Part shown: positions 1-15,000 of the stretch, in pieces
How the letters are laid out: each line of letters begins with the position of its first letter
How positions within the stretch are numbered: position 1 is the stretch's first letter
Position numbers and translations under genes: made by a program
Origin: Squalus acanthias
Lineage: Eukaryota
Length of the DNA: 64,000 bases
Assembly: GCA_030390025.1 (NCBI GenBank)
Contig: CM059431.1
Coordinates: 136,650,001 to 136,714,000 of the forward strand
Reading direction: 5' to 3'
Notes under the pieces: model-generated
Told to the model about the DNA's origin: nothing
The model's database searches: none
Seen by the model: the letters and a program-made list of their open reading frames with translations, nothing else

Positions 1-3000
1 ATCCTATTTCCCATCTCTGTACGTCCCCATCCTAATACCCATCTCTGTACAGCCCCATCCTATTACCCATCTCTGTACGGCCCCATCCTATTACCCATCT
101 CTGTACGTCCCCATCCTACTACCCATCTCTGTACATCCCTATCCTATTACCCATCTCTGTACGGCCCCATCCTATTACCCATCTCGATATGACCGCATCC
201 TATTACCCATCTCTGTACAGCCCCATCCTAATACGCATCTCTTTACCGACCCATTCTATTACCCATCTCTGTACGGCCCCATCCTATTACCCATCTCTGT
301 ATGGCATCATCCTATTACACATCTCTGTACGGCCCCATCCTATTACCCATCTCTGTTCTACCCCATCCTATTACCCATCTCTGTATGGCTCCATCCTATT
401 ACCCATCTCTGTATGGCACCATCCTATTAATCATCTCTGTACGGCCCCATCCTATTACCCATCTCAGTAAGGCCCCATCCTATTACCCATCTCTGTACGG
501 CCACATCCTATTACCCATCTCTTTATAGTCCCATCCTATTACCCATCTCTGTATGGCCCCATCCTTTGTCCCATCTCTGTGCAGCCCCATCCTATTAACC
601 ATCTCTGTGCAGCCCCATCCTATTACCCATCTCTGTGCAGCCCCATCCTATTAACCATCTCTGTGCAGCCCCATCCTATTACCCATCTCTGTGCAGCCCC
701 ATCCTATTAACCATCTCTGTGCAGCCCCATCCTATTACCCATCTCTGTACGGCCCCATCCTATTAGCCATCTCTGTACAGCCCCATCCTATTACCCATAT
801 CTGTACGGCCCCATCCTATTACCCATCTCTGTACAGCCCCATCCTATTACCCATCTCTGTATGGCCCCATCCTATTAGCCATCTCTGTACGGCCCCACCC
901 TATTACCCATCGCTGTACGGCCAAATCCTATTACCCATCTCTTACGGCCCCATCCTATTACCCAACTCTGTACGGCCCCATCCTATAACCAATCTCTGTA
1001 CGGCCCCACCCTATTACCCATCTCTGTACGGCCCGACTCCAATTACCCATCTCTGTACGGCCCCATCCTATTACCCATCTCTGTATGGCCCCATCCTATT
1101 AGCCATCTCTGTACGGCCCCACCCTATTACCCATCTCTGTACAGCCCCATCCTATTCGCCATCTCTGTACAGCCCCATCCTATTACCCATCTCTGTACGG
1201 CCCCATCCTATTACCCATCTGTGTATGGCCCCATCCTATTACCCATCTCTGTTCTGCCCCATCCTATTACCCATCTCTTTACGGCCCCATCCTATTACCC
1301 ATCTCTGTACGGCCCCATCCTATTTCCCATCTCTGTACGGCCCCATACTATTACCCATCTCTGTACGGCCCCATCCTATTACCCATCTCTGTACAGCCCC
1401 ATCCTATTACCCATCTCAGTGCGGCCCCATCCTATTACCCATCTCTGTACGGTCCCATCCTCTTACCCTTCTCTGTACGGCCCCATCCTATTACCCTTCT
1501 CTGTACAGCCCCATCCTATTACCCTTCTCTGTACAGCCCCATCCTATTACCCTTCTCGGTATGGCCCCATCCTATTTCCAATCTCTGTACGGCCCCATAC
1601 TATTACCCATCTCTGTACGGCCCCATCCTATTACCCATCTCTGTACAGCCCCATCCTATTTTCCATCTCTGTACGGCCCCATCCTATTACCCATCTCTGT
1701 ACGGCCCCATCAAATTACCCATCTCTGTACGGCCCCATCCTATTACCCTTCTCTGTACGGCCCCATCCTATTACCCTTCTCTGTACAGCCCCATCCTATT
1801 ACCCTTCTCTGTACGGCCCCATCCTATTACCCATCTCTGTACGGCCCCATCCTATTACCGTTCTCTGTACGGCCCCATCCTATTACCCATCTCTGTACGG
1901 CCCCATCCTATCACCCATCTATGTACAGCCCCTTCCTATTACCTATCTCTGTATGGCCCCATCCTATTACCCATCTCTGTACGTCCCCATCCTATTACCC
2001 ATCTCTGTACAGCCCCATCCTATTACCCATCTCTGTACGGTCCCATCCTATTACCCATCTCGATATGACCGCATCCTATTACCCATCTCTGTACAGCCCC
2101 ATCCTAATACGCATCTCTTTACCGACCCATTCTATTACCCATCTCTGTACGGCCCCATCCTATTACCCATCTCTGTATGGCACCATCCTATTACACATCT
2201 CTGTACGGCCCCATCCTATTACCCATCTCTGTTCTACCCCATCCTATTACCCATCTCTGTATGGCTCCATCCTATTACCCATCTCTGTATGGCACCATCC
2301 TATTACTCATCTCTGTACGGCCCCAACCTATTACCATCTCAGTAAGGCCCCATCCTATTACCCATCTCTGTACGGCCCCATCCTATTACCCATCTCTGTA
2401 TGGCCCCATCCTTTGTCCCATCTCTGTGCAGCCCCATCCTATTAACCATCTCTGTGCAGCCCCATCCTATCACCCATCTCTGTGCAGCCCCATCCTATTA
2501 ACCATGACTGTGCAGCCCCATCCTATTACCCATCTCTGTGCAGCCCCATCCTATTAACCATCTCTGTGCAGCCCCATCCTATTACCCATCTCTGTACGGC
2601 CCCATCCTATTAGCCTTCTCTGTACGGCCCCATCCTATTACCCATCTCTGTACGGCCCCATCCTATTACCCATCTCTGTACAGCCCCATCCTATTACCCA
2701 TCTCTGTATGGCCCCATCCTATTAGCCATCTCTGTACGGCCCCACCCTATTACCCATCGCTGTACGGCCAAATCCTATTACCCATCTCTTACGGCCCCAT
2801 CCTATTACCCAACTCTGTACGGCCCCATCCTATAACCAATCTCTGTACGGCCCCACCCTATTACCCATCTCTGTACGGCCCGACTCCAATTACCCATCTC
2901 TGTACGGCCCCATCCTATTACCCATCTCTGTATGGCCCCATCCTATTAGCCATCTCTGTACGGCCCCACCCTATTACCCATCTCTGTACAGCCCCATCCT

Positions 3001-6000
3001 ATTCGCCATCTCTGTACAGCCCCATCCTATTACCCATCTCTGTACGGCCCCATCCTATTACCCATCTGTGTATGGCCCCATCCTATTACCCATCTCTGTT
3101 CCGCCCCATCCTATTACCCATCTCTTTACGGCCCCATCCTATTACCCATCTCTGTACGGCCCCATCCTATTTCCCATCTCTGTACGGCCCCATACTATTA
3201 CCCATCTCTGTACGGCCCCATCCTATTACCCATCTCTGTACAGCCCCATCCTATTACCCATCTCGGTACGGCCCCATCCTATTACCCATCTCTGTACGGT
3301 CCCATCCTCTTACCCTTCTCTGTACGGCCCCATCCTATTACCCTTCTCTGTACAGCCCCATCCTATTACCCTTCTCTGTACAGCCCCATCCTATTACCCT
3401 TCTCGGTATGGCCCCATCCTATTTCCAATCTCTGTACGGCCCCATACTATTACCCATCTCTGTACGGCCCCATCCTATTACCCATCTCTGTACAGCCCCA
3501 TCCTATTTTCCATCTCTGTACGGCCCCATCCTATTACCCATCTCTGTACGGCCCCATCAAATTACCCATCTCTGTACGTCCCCATCCTATTACCCTTCTC
3601 TGTACGGCCCCATCCTATTACCCTTCTCTGTACAGCCCCATCCTATTACCCTTCTCTGTATGGCCCCATCCTATTACCCATCTCTGTACGGCCCCATCCT
3701 ATTACCGTTCTCTGTACGGCCCCATCCTATTACCCATCTCTGTACGGCCCCATCCTATTACCCATCTATGTACGGCCCCTTCCTTTTACCTATCTCTGTA
3801 TGGCCCCATCCTATTACCCATCTCTGTACGTCCCCATCCTATTACCCATCTCTGTACAGCCCCATCCTATTACCCATCTCTGTACGGTCCCATCCTATTA
3901 CCCATCTCGATATGACCGCATCCTATTACCCATCTCTGTACAGCCCCATCCTAATACGCATCTCTTTACCGACCCATTCTATTACCCTTCTATACGGCCC
4001 CATCCTATTACCCATCTCTGTATGGCACCATCCTATTACACATCTCTGTACGGCCCCATCCTATTACCCATCTCTGTTCTACCCCATCCTATTACCCATC
4101 TCTGTATGGCTCCATCCTATTACCCATCTCTCTATGGCACCATCCTATTACTCATCTCTGTACGGCCCCATCCTATTACCATCTCAGTAAGGCCCCATCC
4201 TATTACCCATCTCTGTACGGCCCCATCCTATTACCCATCTCTGTATGGCCCCAACCTTTGTCCCATCTCTGTGCAGCCCCATCCTATTAACAATCTCTCT
4301 GCAGCCCCATCCTATCACCCATCTCTGTGCAGCCCCATCCTATTAACCATGACTGTGCAGCCCCATCCTATTACCCATCTCTGTGCAGCCCCATCCTATT
4401 AACCATCTCTGTGCAGCTTCATCCTATTACCCATCTCTGTATGGCCCCATCCTATTAGCCATCTCTGTACGGTCCCATCCTATTACCCATCTCTGTACGG
4501 CCCCATCCTATTACCCATCTCTGTACAGCCCCATCCTATTACCCATCTCTGTATGGCCCCATCCTATTAGCCATCTCTGTACGGCCCCATCCTATTACCC
4601 ATCTCTGTACGGCCCCATCCTATTACCCATCTCTGTACGGCCCCATCCTATTACCCATCTCTGTACGGCCCCATCCTATTACCCATCTCTGTATGGCCCC
4701 ATCCTATTACCCATCTCTGTACGGCCCCATCCTATTACCCATCTCTGTACGGCCCCATCCTATTACCCATCTCTGTACGGCCCCATCCTATTACCCATCT
4801 CTGTACGGCCCCATCCTATTACCCATCTCTGTACGGCCCCATCCTATTACCCATCTCTGTACGGCCCCATCCTATTACCCATCTCTGTACGGCCCCATCC
4901 TATTACCCTTCTCTGTACGGCCCCATCCTATTACCCATCTCTGTACGGCCCCATACTATTACCCATCTCTGTACAGCCCCAACCTATTATCCATCTCTGT
5001 ACGGCCCCATCCTATTACCCATCTCTGTACGGCCCCATCATATTACCCATCTCTGTACGGCCCCATCCTATTACCATTCTCTGTACGGCCCCATCCTATT
5101 ACCCTTCTCTGTACAGCCCCATCCTATTACCCTTCTCTGTACGGCCCCATCCTATTACCCTTCTCTGTACGGCCCCATCCTATTACCCTTCTCTGTACGT
5201 CCCCATCCTATTACCCATCTCTGTACGGCCCCATCCTATTACCCATCTCTGTACCACACCATCCTGTTACCCATCCCTGTACGATCCCATCCTATTACCC
5301 ATTTCTGTACGTCCCCATCCTATTACACATCTCTGTATGGCCCCATCCTATTACCCATCTATGTACGGCCCCTTCCTATTACCTATCTCTGTATGGCCCC
5401 ATCCTATTAGCCATCTCTGTGCAGCCCCATCCTATTAACCATCTCTGTGCAGCCCCATCCTATTACCCATTCGGTGCAGCCCCATCCTATTCACCATCTC
5501 TGTGCAGCCCCATCCTATTACCCATCTCCGTATGGCCCCATCCTATTAGCCATCTCTGTACGGCCCCATCCTATTACCCATCTCTGTACGGCCCCATCCT
5601 ATTACCCATCTCTGTACAGCCCCATCCTATTACCCATCTCTGTATGGCCCCATCCTATTAGCCATCTCTCTACGGCCCCACCATATTACCCATCTCTGTA
5701 CGGCCCCATCCTATTACCCATCTCTGTACGGCCCCATCCTATTTCCCATCTCTGTACGGCTCCATCCTAATACCCATCTCTGTACGGCCCCATCCTATTT
5801 CCCATCTCTCTACGGCCCCATCCTATTACCCATCTCTGTACAGCCCCATCCTATTACCCATCTCTGTATGGCCCCATCCTATTAGCCATCTCTGTACGGC
5901 CCCACGATATTACCCATCTCTGTACGGCCCCATCCTATTACCCATCTCTGTACGGCCCCATCCTATTACCCATCTCTGTACGGCCCCATCCTATTACCCA

Positions 6001-9000
6001 TCTCTGTACGCCCCATCCTATTACCCATCTCTGTACAGCCCCATCCTATTACCCATCTCTGTATGGCCCCATCCTATTAGCCATCTCTGTACGGCCCCAC
6101 GATATTACCCATCTCTGTACGGCCCCATCCTATTACCCATCTCTGTACGGCCCCATCCTATTACCCATCTCTGTACGGCCCCATCCTATTACCCATCTCT
6201 GTTCCGCCCCATCCTATTACCCATCTCTGTACGGCCCCATCCTATTACCCATCTCTGTACGGCCCCATCCTATTACCCATCTCTGTACTGCCCCATCCTA
6301 TTACCCATCTCTGTGCTGCCCCATCCTATTACCCATCTCTGTGCTGCCCTTCCTATTACCCATCTCTGTACGGCCCCATCCTATTACCCATCTCTGTATG
6401 GCCCCATCCTATTACCCATCTCTGTACGGCCCCATCCTATTACCCATCTCTGTACGGCCCCATCCTATTACCAATCTCTGAACTGTCCCATCCTGTTACC
6501 CATCTATGTACGGTCCCATCCTATTTCCCATCTCTGTACGTCCCCATCCTATTACCCATCTCTGTACAGCCCCATCCTATTACCCATCTCTGTACGGCCC
6601 CATCCTATTACCCATCTCTGTACAGACCTATCCTATTTCGCATCTCTGTACGGCCCCATCCTATTACCCATCTCGATATGACCGCATCCTATTACCCATC
6701 TCTGTACAGCCCCATCCTAATACGCATCTCTTTACCGACCCATTCTATTACCCATCTCTGTACGGCACATCCTATTACCCATCTCTGTATGGCACCATCC
6801 TATTACTCATCTCTGTACGGCCCCATCCTATTACCCATCTCAGTAAGGCCCCATCCTATTACCCATCTCTGTACGGCCCCATCCTATTACCCATCTCTGT
6901 ATAGTCCCATCCTATTACCCATCTCTGCATGGCCCCATCCTTTGTCCCATCTCTGTGCAGCCCCATCCTATTAACCATCTCTGTGTAGCCCCATCCTATT
7001 ACCCATCTCTGTGCAGCCCCATCCTATTAACCATCTCTGTGCAGCCCCATCCTATTACCCATCTCTGTGCAGCCCCATCCTATTAACCATCTCTGTGCAG
7101 CCCCATCCTATTACCCATCTCTGTACGGCCCCATCCTATTAGCCATCTCTGTACTGGCCCCATCCTATTACCCATCTCTGTACGGCCCCATCCTATTACC
7201 CATCTCTGTACAGCCCCATCCTATTACCCATCTCTGTATGGCCCCATCCTATTAGCCATCTCTGTACGGCCCCACCCTATTACCCATCTCTGTACGGCCC
7301 CATCCTATTACCCATCTCTGTACGGCCCCATCCTATTACCCATCTCTGTACGGCCCCATCCTATTACCCATCTCTGTACAGCCCCACCCTATTACCCATC
7401 TCTGTACGGCCCCACTCCTATTACCCATCTCTGTACGGCCCCATCCTATTACCCATCTCTGTATGGACCCATCCTATTAGCCATCTCTGTACGGCCCCAC
7501 CCTATTACCCATCTCTGTACAGCCCCATCCTATTCGCCATCTCTGTACAGCCCCATCCTATTACCCATCTCTGTACGGCCCCATCCTATTACCCATCTCT
7601 TTATGGCCCCATCCTATTACCCACCTCTGTTCCGCCCCATCCTATTACACATCTCTTTACGGCCCCATCCTATTACCCATCTCTGTACGGCCCCATCCTA
7701 TTTCCCATCTCTGTTCGGCCCGATACTATTACCCATCTCTGTACGGCCCCATCCTATTACCCATCTCTGTACAGCCCCATCCTATTACCCATCTCTGTAC
7801 GGCCCCATCCTATTACCCATCTCTGTACGGTCCCATCCTATTACCCTTCTCTGTACGGCCCCATCCTATTACCCTTCTATGTACAGCCCCATCATATTAC
7901 CCTTTTCTGTACAGCCCCATCCTATTACCCTTCTCGGTATGGCCCCATCCTAGTTCCCATCTCTGTGCGGCCCCATACTATTACCCATCTCTGTACGGCC
8001 CCATCCTATTACCCAGCTCTGTACAGCACCATCCTATTATCCATCTCTGTACGGCCCCATCCTATTACCCATCTCTGTACGGCCCCATCCTATTACCCAT
8101 CTCTGTACAGCCCCATCCTATTACCCATCTCTGTATGGCCCCATCCTATTAGCCATCTCTGTACGGCCCCATCCTATTACCCATCTCTGTACGGCCCCAT
8201 CCTATGACCCATCTCTGTACGGCCCCACCCTATTACCCATCACTGTACGGCCCCACTCCTATTACCCATCTCTGTACGGCCCCATCCTATTAGCCATCTC
8301 TGTACGGCCCCACCCTATTACCCATCTCTGTACAGCCCCATCCTATTCGCCATCTCTGTACAGCTCCATCCTATTACCCATCTCTGTACGGCCCCATCCT
8401 ATTACCCATCTCTGTACGGCCCCATCCTATTACCCATCTCTGTTCCGCCCCATCCTATTACCCATCTCTGTGCGGCCCCATCCTATTACCCTTCTCGGTA
8501 CGGCCCCATCCTATTTCCCATCTCTGTACGGCCCCATAATATTACCCATCTCTGTACGGCCCCATCCTATTACCCATCTCTGTACAGCCCCATCCTATTA
8601 TCCATCTCTGTACGGCCCCATCCTATTACCCATCTCTGTACGGACCCATCATATTACCCATCTCTGTACGGCCCCATCCTATTACCCTTCTCTGTACGGC
8701 CCCATCCTATTACCCTTCTCTGTACAGCCCCATCCTATTACCCTTCTCTGTACGGCCCCATCCTATTACCCATCTCTGTACAGCCCCATCCTATTACCCA
8801 TCTCTGTACGGCCACATCCTATTACCCATCTCTGTACAGCCCCATCCTATTACCCATCTCTGTACAGCCCCATCCTATTACCCATCTCTGTACGGCCCCA
8901 TCCCATTAGCCATCTCTGTACGGCCCCACCCTATTACCCATCTCTGTTCCGCCCCATCCTATTACCCATCTCTGTATAGTCCCATCCTATTACCCATCTC

Positions 9001-12000
9001 TGTATGGCCCCATCCTTTGTCCCATCTCTGTGCAGCCCCATCCTATTAATCATCTCTGTGCAGCCCCATCCTATTACCCATCTCTGTGCAGCTCCATCCT
9101 ATTAACCATCTCTGTGCAGCCCCATCCTATTACCCTTCTCTGTGCAGCCCCATCCTATTAACCATCTCTGTGCAGCCCCATCCTATTACCCATCTCTGTA
9201 CGGCCCCATCCTATTAGCCATCTCTGTACGGCCCCATCCTATTACCCATCTCTGTACGGCCCCATCCTATTACCCATCTCTGTACAGCCCCATCCTATTA
9301 CCCATCTCTGTATGGCCCCATCCTATTAACCATCTCTGTACGGCCCCACCCTATTACCCATCTCTGTACGGCCCCATCCTATTACCCATCTCTGTACGGC
9401 CCCATCCTATTACCCATCTCTGTACGGCCCCATCCTATTACCCATCTCTGTACGGCTCCACCCTATTACCCATCTCTGTACGGCCCCACTCCTATTACTC
9501 ATCTCTGTACGGCCCCATCCTATTACGCATCTCTGTATGGCCCCATCCTATTAGCCATCTCTGTACGGCCCCACCCTATTACCCATCTCTGTACAGCCCC
9601 ATCCTATTCGCCATCTCTGTACAGCCCCATCCTATTACCCATCTCTGTACGGCCCCATCCTATTACACATCTCTGTACGGCCCCATCCTATTACCCATCT
9701 CTGTTCCGCCCCATCCTATTACCCATCTCTTTACGGCCCCATCCTATTACCCATCTCTGTACGGCCCCATCCTATTTCCCATCTCTGTACGGCCCCATGC
9801 TATTACCCATCTCTGTACGGCCCCATCCTATTACCCATCTCTGTACAGTCCCATCCTATTACCCATCTCTGTACGGACCCATCATATTACCCTTCTCTGT
9901 ACAGCCCCATCCTATTACCCTTCTCTGTACAGCCCCATCCTATTACCCTTCTCGGTATGGCCCCATCCTATTTCCCATCTCTGTACGGCCCCATACTATT
10001 ACCCATCTCTGTACGGCCCCATCCTATTACCCATCTCTGTACAGCCCCATTCTATTATCCATCTCTGTACGTCCCCATCCTATTACCCATCTCTGTACGG
10101 CCCCATCATATTACCCATCTCTGTACGGCCCCATCCTATTACCCTTCTCTGTGCGGCCCCATCCTATTACCCTTCTCTGTACAGCCCCATCCTATTACCC
10201 TTCTCTGTACGGCCCCATTCTATTACCCATCTCTGTACGGCCCCATCCTATTACCGTTCTCTGTACGGCCCCATCCTATTACCCATCTCTGTACGGCCCC
10301 ATCCTATTTCCCAGCTCTGTACGGCCCCATACTATTACCCATCTTTGTGCAGCCCCATCCTATTAACCATCTCTGTGCAGCCCCATCCTATTACCCATCT
10401 CTGTACGGCCCCATCCTATTAGTCATCTCTGTACGGCCCCATCCTATTACCCATCTCTGTACGGCCCCATCCTATTACCCATCTCTGTATAGCCCCATCC
10501 TATTACCCATCTCTGTATGGCCCCATCCTATTAGCCATCTCTGTACGGCCCCACCCTATTACCCATCTCTGTACGGCCCCATCCTATTACCCATCTCTGT
10601 ACGGCCCCATCCTATTACCCATCTCTGTACGGCCCCATCCTATTACCCATCTCTGTACGGCCCCACCCTATTACCCATCTCTGTACGGCCCCACTCCTAT
10701 TACCCATCTCTGTACGGCCCCATCCTATTACCCATCTCTGTATGGCCCCATCCTATTAGCCATCTCTGTACGGCCCCACCCTATTACCCATCTCTGTACA
10801 GCCCCATCCTATTACCCATCTCTGTACGGCCCCATCCTATTACCCATCTCTGTACGGCCCCACTCCTATTACCCATCTCTGTACGGCCCCATCCTATTAC
10901 CCATCTCTGTATGGCCCCATCCTATTAGCCATCTCTGTACGGCCCCACCCTATTACCCATCTCTGTATGGCCCCATCCTATTACCCATCTCTGTACAGCC
11001 CCATCCTATTACCCATCTCTGTACAGCCCCATCCTATTACCCATCTCTGTACGGCCCCATCCTATTACACATCTCTGTACGGCCCCATCCTATTACCCAT
11101 CTCTGTACGGCCCCATCCTATTACCCATCTCTGTACGGCCCCATCCTATTACCCATCTCTGTACAGGCCCATCCTATTACCCATCTCTGTACGGCCCATC
11201 CTATTACCCATCTCTGTACGGTCCCATCCTATTACCCATCTCTGTACGGCCCCATCCTATTACCCTTCTCTGTACAGCCCCATCCTATTACCCTTCTCTG
11301 TACAGCCCCATCCTATTACCCTTCTCTGTATGGCGCCATCCTATTTCCCATCTCTGTATGGCCCCATCCTATTACCCATCTCTGTACGGCCCCATCCTAT
11401 TACCCATCTCTGTACAGCCCCATTCTATTACCCATCTCTGTACGGCCCCATCCTATTACCCATCTCTGTACGGCCCCATCCTATTACCCATCTCTGTACG
11501 GCCCCATCCTATTACCCATCTCTGTACGGCCCCATCCTATTACCCATCTCTGTACGGCCCCATCCTATTACCCATCTCTGTACGGCCCCATCCTATTACC
11601 CATCTCTGTACGGCCCCATCCTATTACCCATCTCTGTACGGCCCCATCCTATTACCCATCTCTGTACGGCCCCATCCTATTACCCATCTCTGTACGGCCC
11701 CATCCTATTACCCATCTCTGTACGGCCCATCCTATTACCCATCTCTGTACGGCCCCATCCTATTACCCATCTCTGTACGGCCCCATCCTATTACCCATCT
11801 CTGTACGGCCCCATCCTATTACCCATCTCTGTACGGCCCCATCCTATTACCCATCTCTGTACGGCCCCATCCTATTACCCATCTCTGTACGGCCCCATCC
11901 TATTACCCATCTCTGTACGGCCCCATCCTATTACCCATCTCTGTACGGCCCCATCCTATTACCCATCTCTGTACGGCCCCATCCTATTACCCATCTCTGT

Positions 12001-15000
12001 ACGGCCCCATCCTATTACCCATCTCTGTACGGCCCCATCCTATTACCCATCTCTGTACGCCCCATCCTATTACCCATCTCTGTAAGGCCCCATCCTATTA
12101 CCCATCTCTGTATGGCCCCATCCTATTACCCATCTCTGTGCAGCCCCATCCTATTAACCATCTCTGTGCAGCCCCATCCTATTACCCATCTCTGTACAGC
12201 CCCATCCTATTAGCCATCTCTGTACAGCCCCATCCTATTACCCATCTCTGTGCAGCCCCATCCTATTAACCATCTCTGTGCAGCCCCATCCTATTACCCA
12301 TCTCTGTACGGCCCCATCCTATTAGCCATCTCTGTACGGCCCCATCCTATTACCCATCTCTGTACGGCCCCATCCTATTACCCATCTCTGTACAGCCCCA
12401 TCCTATTACCCATCTCTGTACGGCCCCATCCTATTACCATCTCTGTACGGCCCCATCCTATTACCCATCTCTGTACGGCCCCATCCTATTACCCATCTCT
12501 GTACGGCCCCATCCTATTACCCATCTCTGTACGGCCCCATCCTATTACCCATCTCTGTACGGCCCCATCCTATTACCCATCTCTGTACGGCCCCATCCTA
12601 TTACCCATCTCTGTACGGCCCCATCCTATTACCCATCTCTGTATGGCCCCATCCTATTAGCCATCTCTGTACGGCCCCATCCTATTACCCATCTCTGTAC
12701 AGCCCCATCCTATTCGCCATCTCTGTACAGCCCCATCCTATTACCCATCTCTGTACGGCCCCATCCTATTACACATCTCTGTACGGCCCCATCCTATTAC
12801 CCATCTCTGTTCCGCCCCATCCTATTACCCATCTCTGTACGGCCCCATCCTATTACCCATCTCTGTACGGCCCCATCCTATTTCCCATCTCTGTACGGCC
12901 CCATCCTATTACCCATCTCTGTACGGCCCCATCCTATTACCCATCTCTGTACAGGCCCATCCTATTACCCATCTCTGTACGGCCCCATCCTATTACCCAT
13001 CTCTGTACGGCCCCATTCCTATTACCCATCTCTGTACGGATCCCCATCCTATTACCTTCTCTGTACGGCCCCATCCTATTACCCATCTCTGTACGCCCCA
13101 TCCTATTACCCTTCTCTGTACGGCCCCATCCTATTACCCATCTCTGTACGGCCCCATCCTATTACCCATCTCTGTACGGCCCCATCCTATTACCCATCTC
13201 TGTCGCCCCATCCTATTACCCATCTCTGTACAGCCCCATCCTATTACCCTTCTCTGTACGGCCCCATCCTATTACCCATCTCTGTACGGCCCCATCCTAT
13301 TACCCATCTCTGTACGGCCCCATCCTATTACCCATCTCTGTACGTCCCCATCCTATTACCCATCTCTGTACGTGCCCCATCCTATTACCCATCTCTGTAT
13401 GCCCCATCTATTAGCCATCTCTGTACGTGGCCCCATCCTATTACCCATCTCTGTACAGCCCCATCCTATTACCATCTCTGTAGCAGCCCCATCCTATTAC
13501 CCATCTCTGTACGGCCCCATCCTATTACCCATCTCTGTACGGCCCCATCCTATTACCCATCTCTGTACGGCCCCATCCTATTACCCATCTCTGTACGGCC
13601 CCATCCTATTACCCATCTCTGTACGGCCCCATCCTATTACCCATCTCTGTATGGCCCCATCCTATTACCCATCTCTGTACGGCCCCATCCTATTACCCAT
13701 CTCTGTACAGCCCCATCCTATTACCCATCTCTGTACGGCCCCATCCTATTACCCATCTCTGTACGGCCCCATCCTATTACCCATCTCTGTACGGCCCCAT
13801 CCTATTACCCATCTCTGTACGGCCCCATCCTATTACCCATCTCTGTACGGCCCCATCCTATTACCCATCTCTGTACGGCCCCATCCTATTACCCATCTCT
13901 GTACGGCCCCATCCTATTACCCATCTCTGTACGGCCCCATCCTATTACCCATCTCTGTACGGCCCCATCCTATTACCCATCTCTGTACGGCCCCATCCTA
14001 TTACCCATCTCTGTACGGCCCCATCCTATTACCCACTCTGTACGGCCCCATCCTATTACCCATCTCTGTACAGCCCCATCCTATTACCCATCTCTGTACG
14101 GCCCCATCCTATTACCCATCTCTGTACGGCCCCATCCTATTACCCATCTCTGTACGGCCCCATCCTATTACCCATCTCTGTACGGCCCCATCCTATTACC
14201 CATCTCTGTACCACACCATCCTATTTCCATTCTGTACGGCCCCATCCTATTACCCATCTCTGTACGGCCCCATCCTATTACCCATCTCTGTACGGCCCCA
14301 TCCTATTACCATCTCTGTACGGCCCCATCCTATTACCCATCTCTGTAGGCCCCATCCTATTACCCATCTCTGTACGCCCCATCCTATTACCATCTCTGTA
14401 CAGCCCCATCCTATTACCCATCTCTGTACGCCCCATCCTATTACCCATCTCTGTACGGCCCCATCTATTACCCATCTCTGTACGGCCCCATCCTATTACC
14501 CATCTCTGTTCGCCCCATCCTATTACCCATCTCTGTACGGCCCCATCCTATTACCCATCTCTGTACGGCCCCATCCTATTACCCATCTCTGTACGGCCCC
14601 ATCCTATTACCCATCTCTGTACGGCCCCATCCTATTACCCATCTCTGTACGGCCCCATCCTATTACCCATCTCTGTACGGCCCCATCCTATTACCCATCT
14701 CTGTACGGCCCCATCCTATTACCCATCTCTGTACAGGCCCCATCCTATTACCCATCTCTGTACGGCCCCATCCTATTACCCATCTCTGTACGGCCCCATC
14801 CTATTACCCATCTCTGTACGGCCCCATCCTATTACCCATCTCTGTACGGCCCCATCCTATTACCCATCTCTGTACGGCCCCATCCTATTACCCATCTCTG
14901 TACGGCCCCATCCTATTACCCATCTCTGTACGGCCCCATCCTATTACCCATCTCTGTACGGCCCCATCCTATTACCCATCTCTGTACGGCCCCATCCTAT

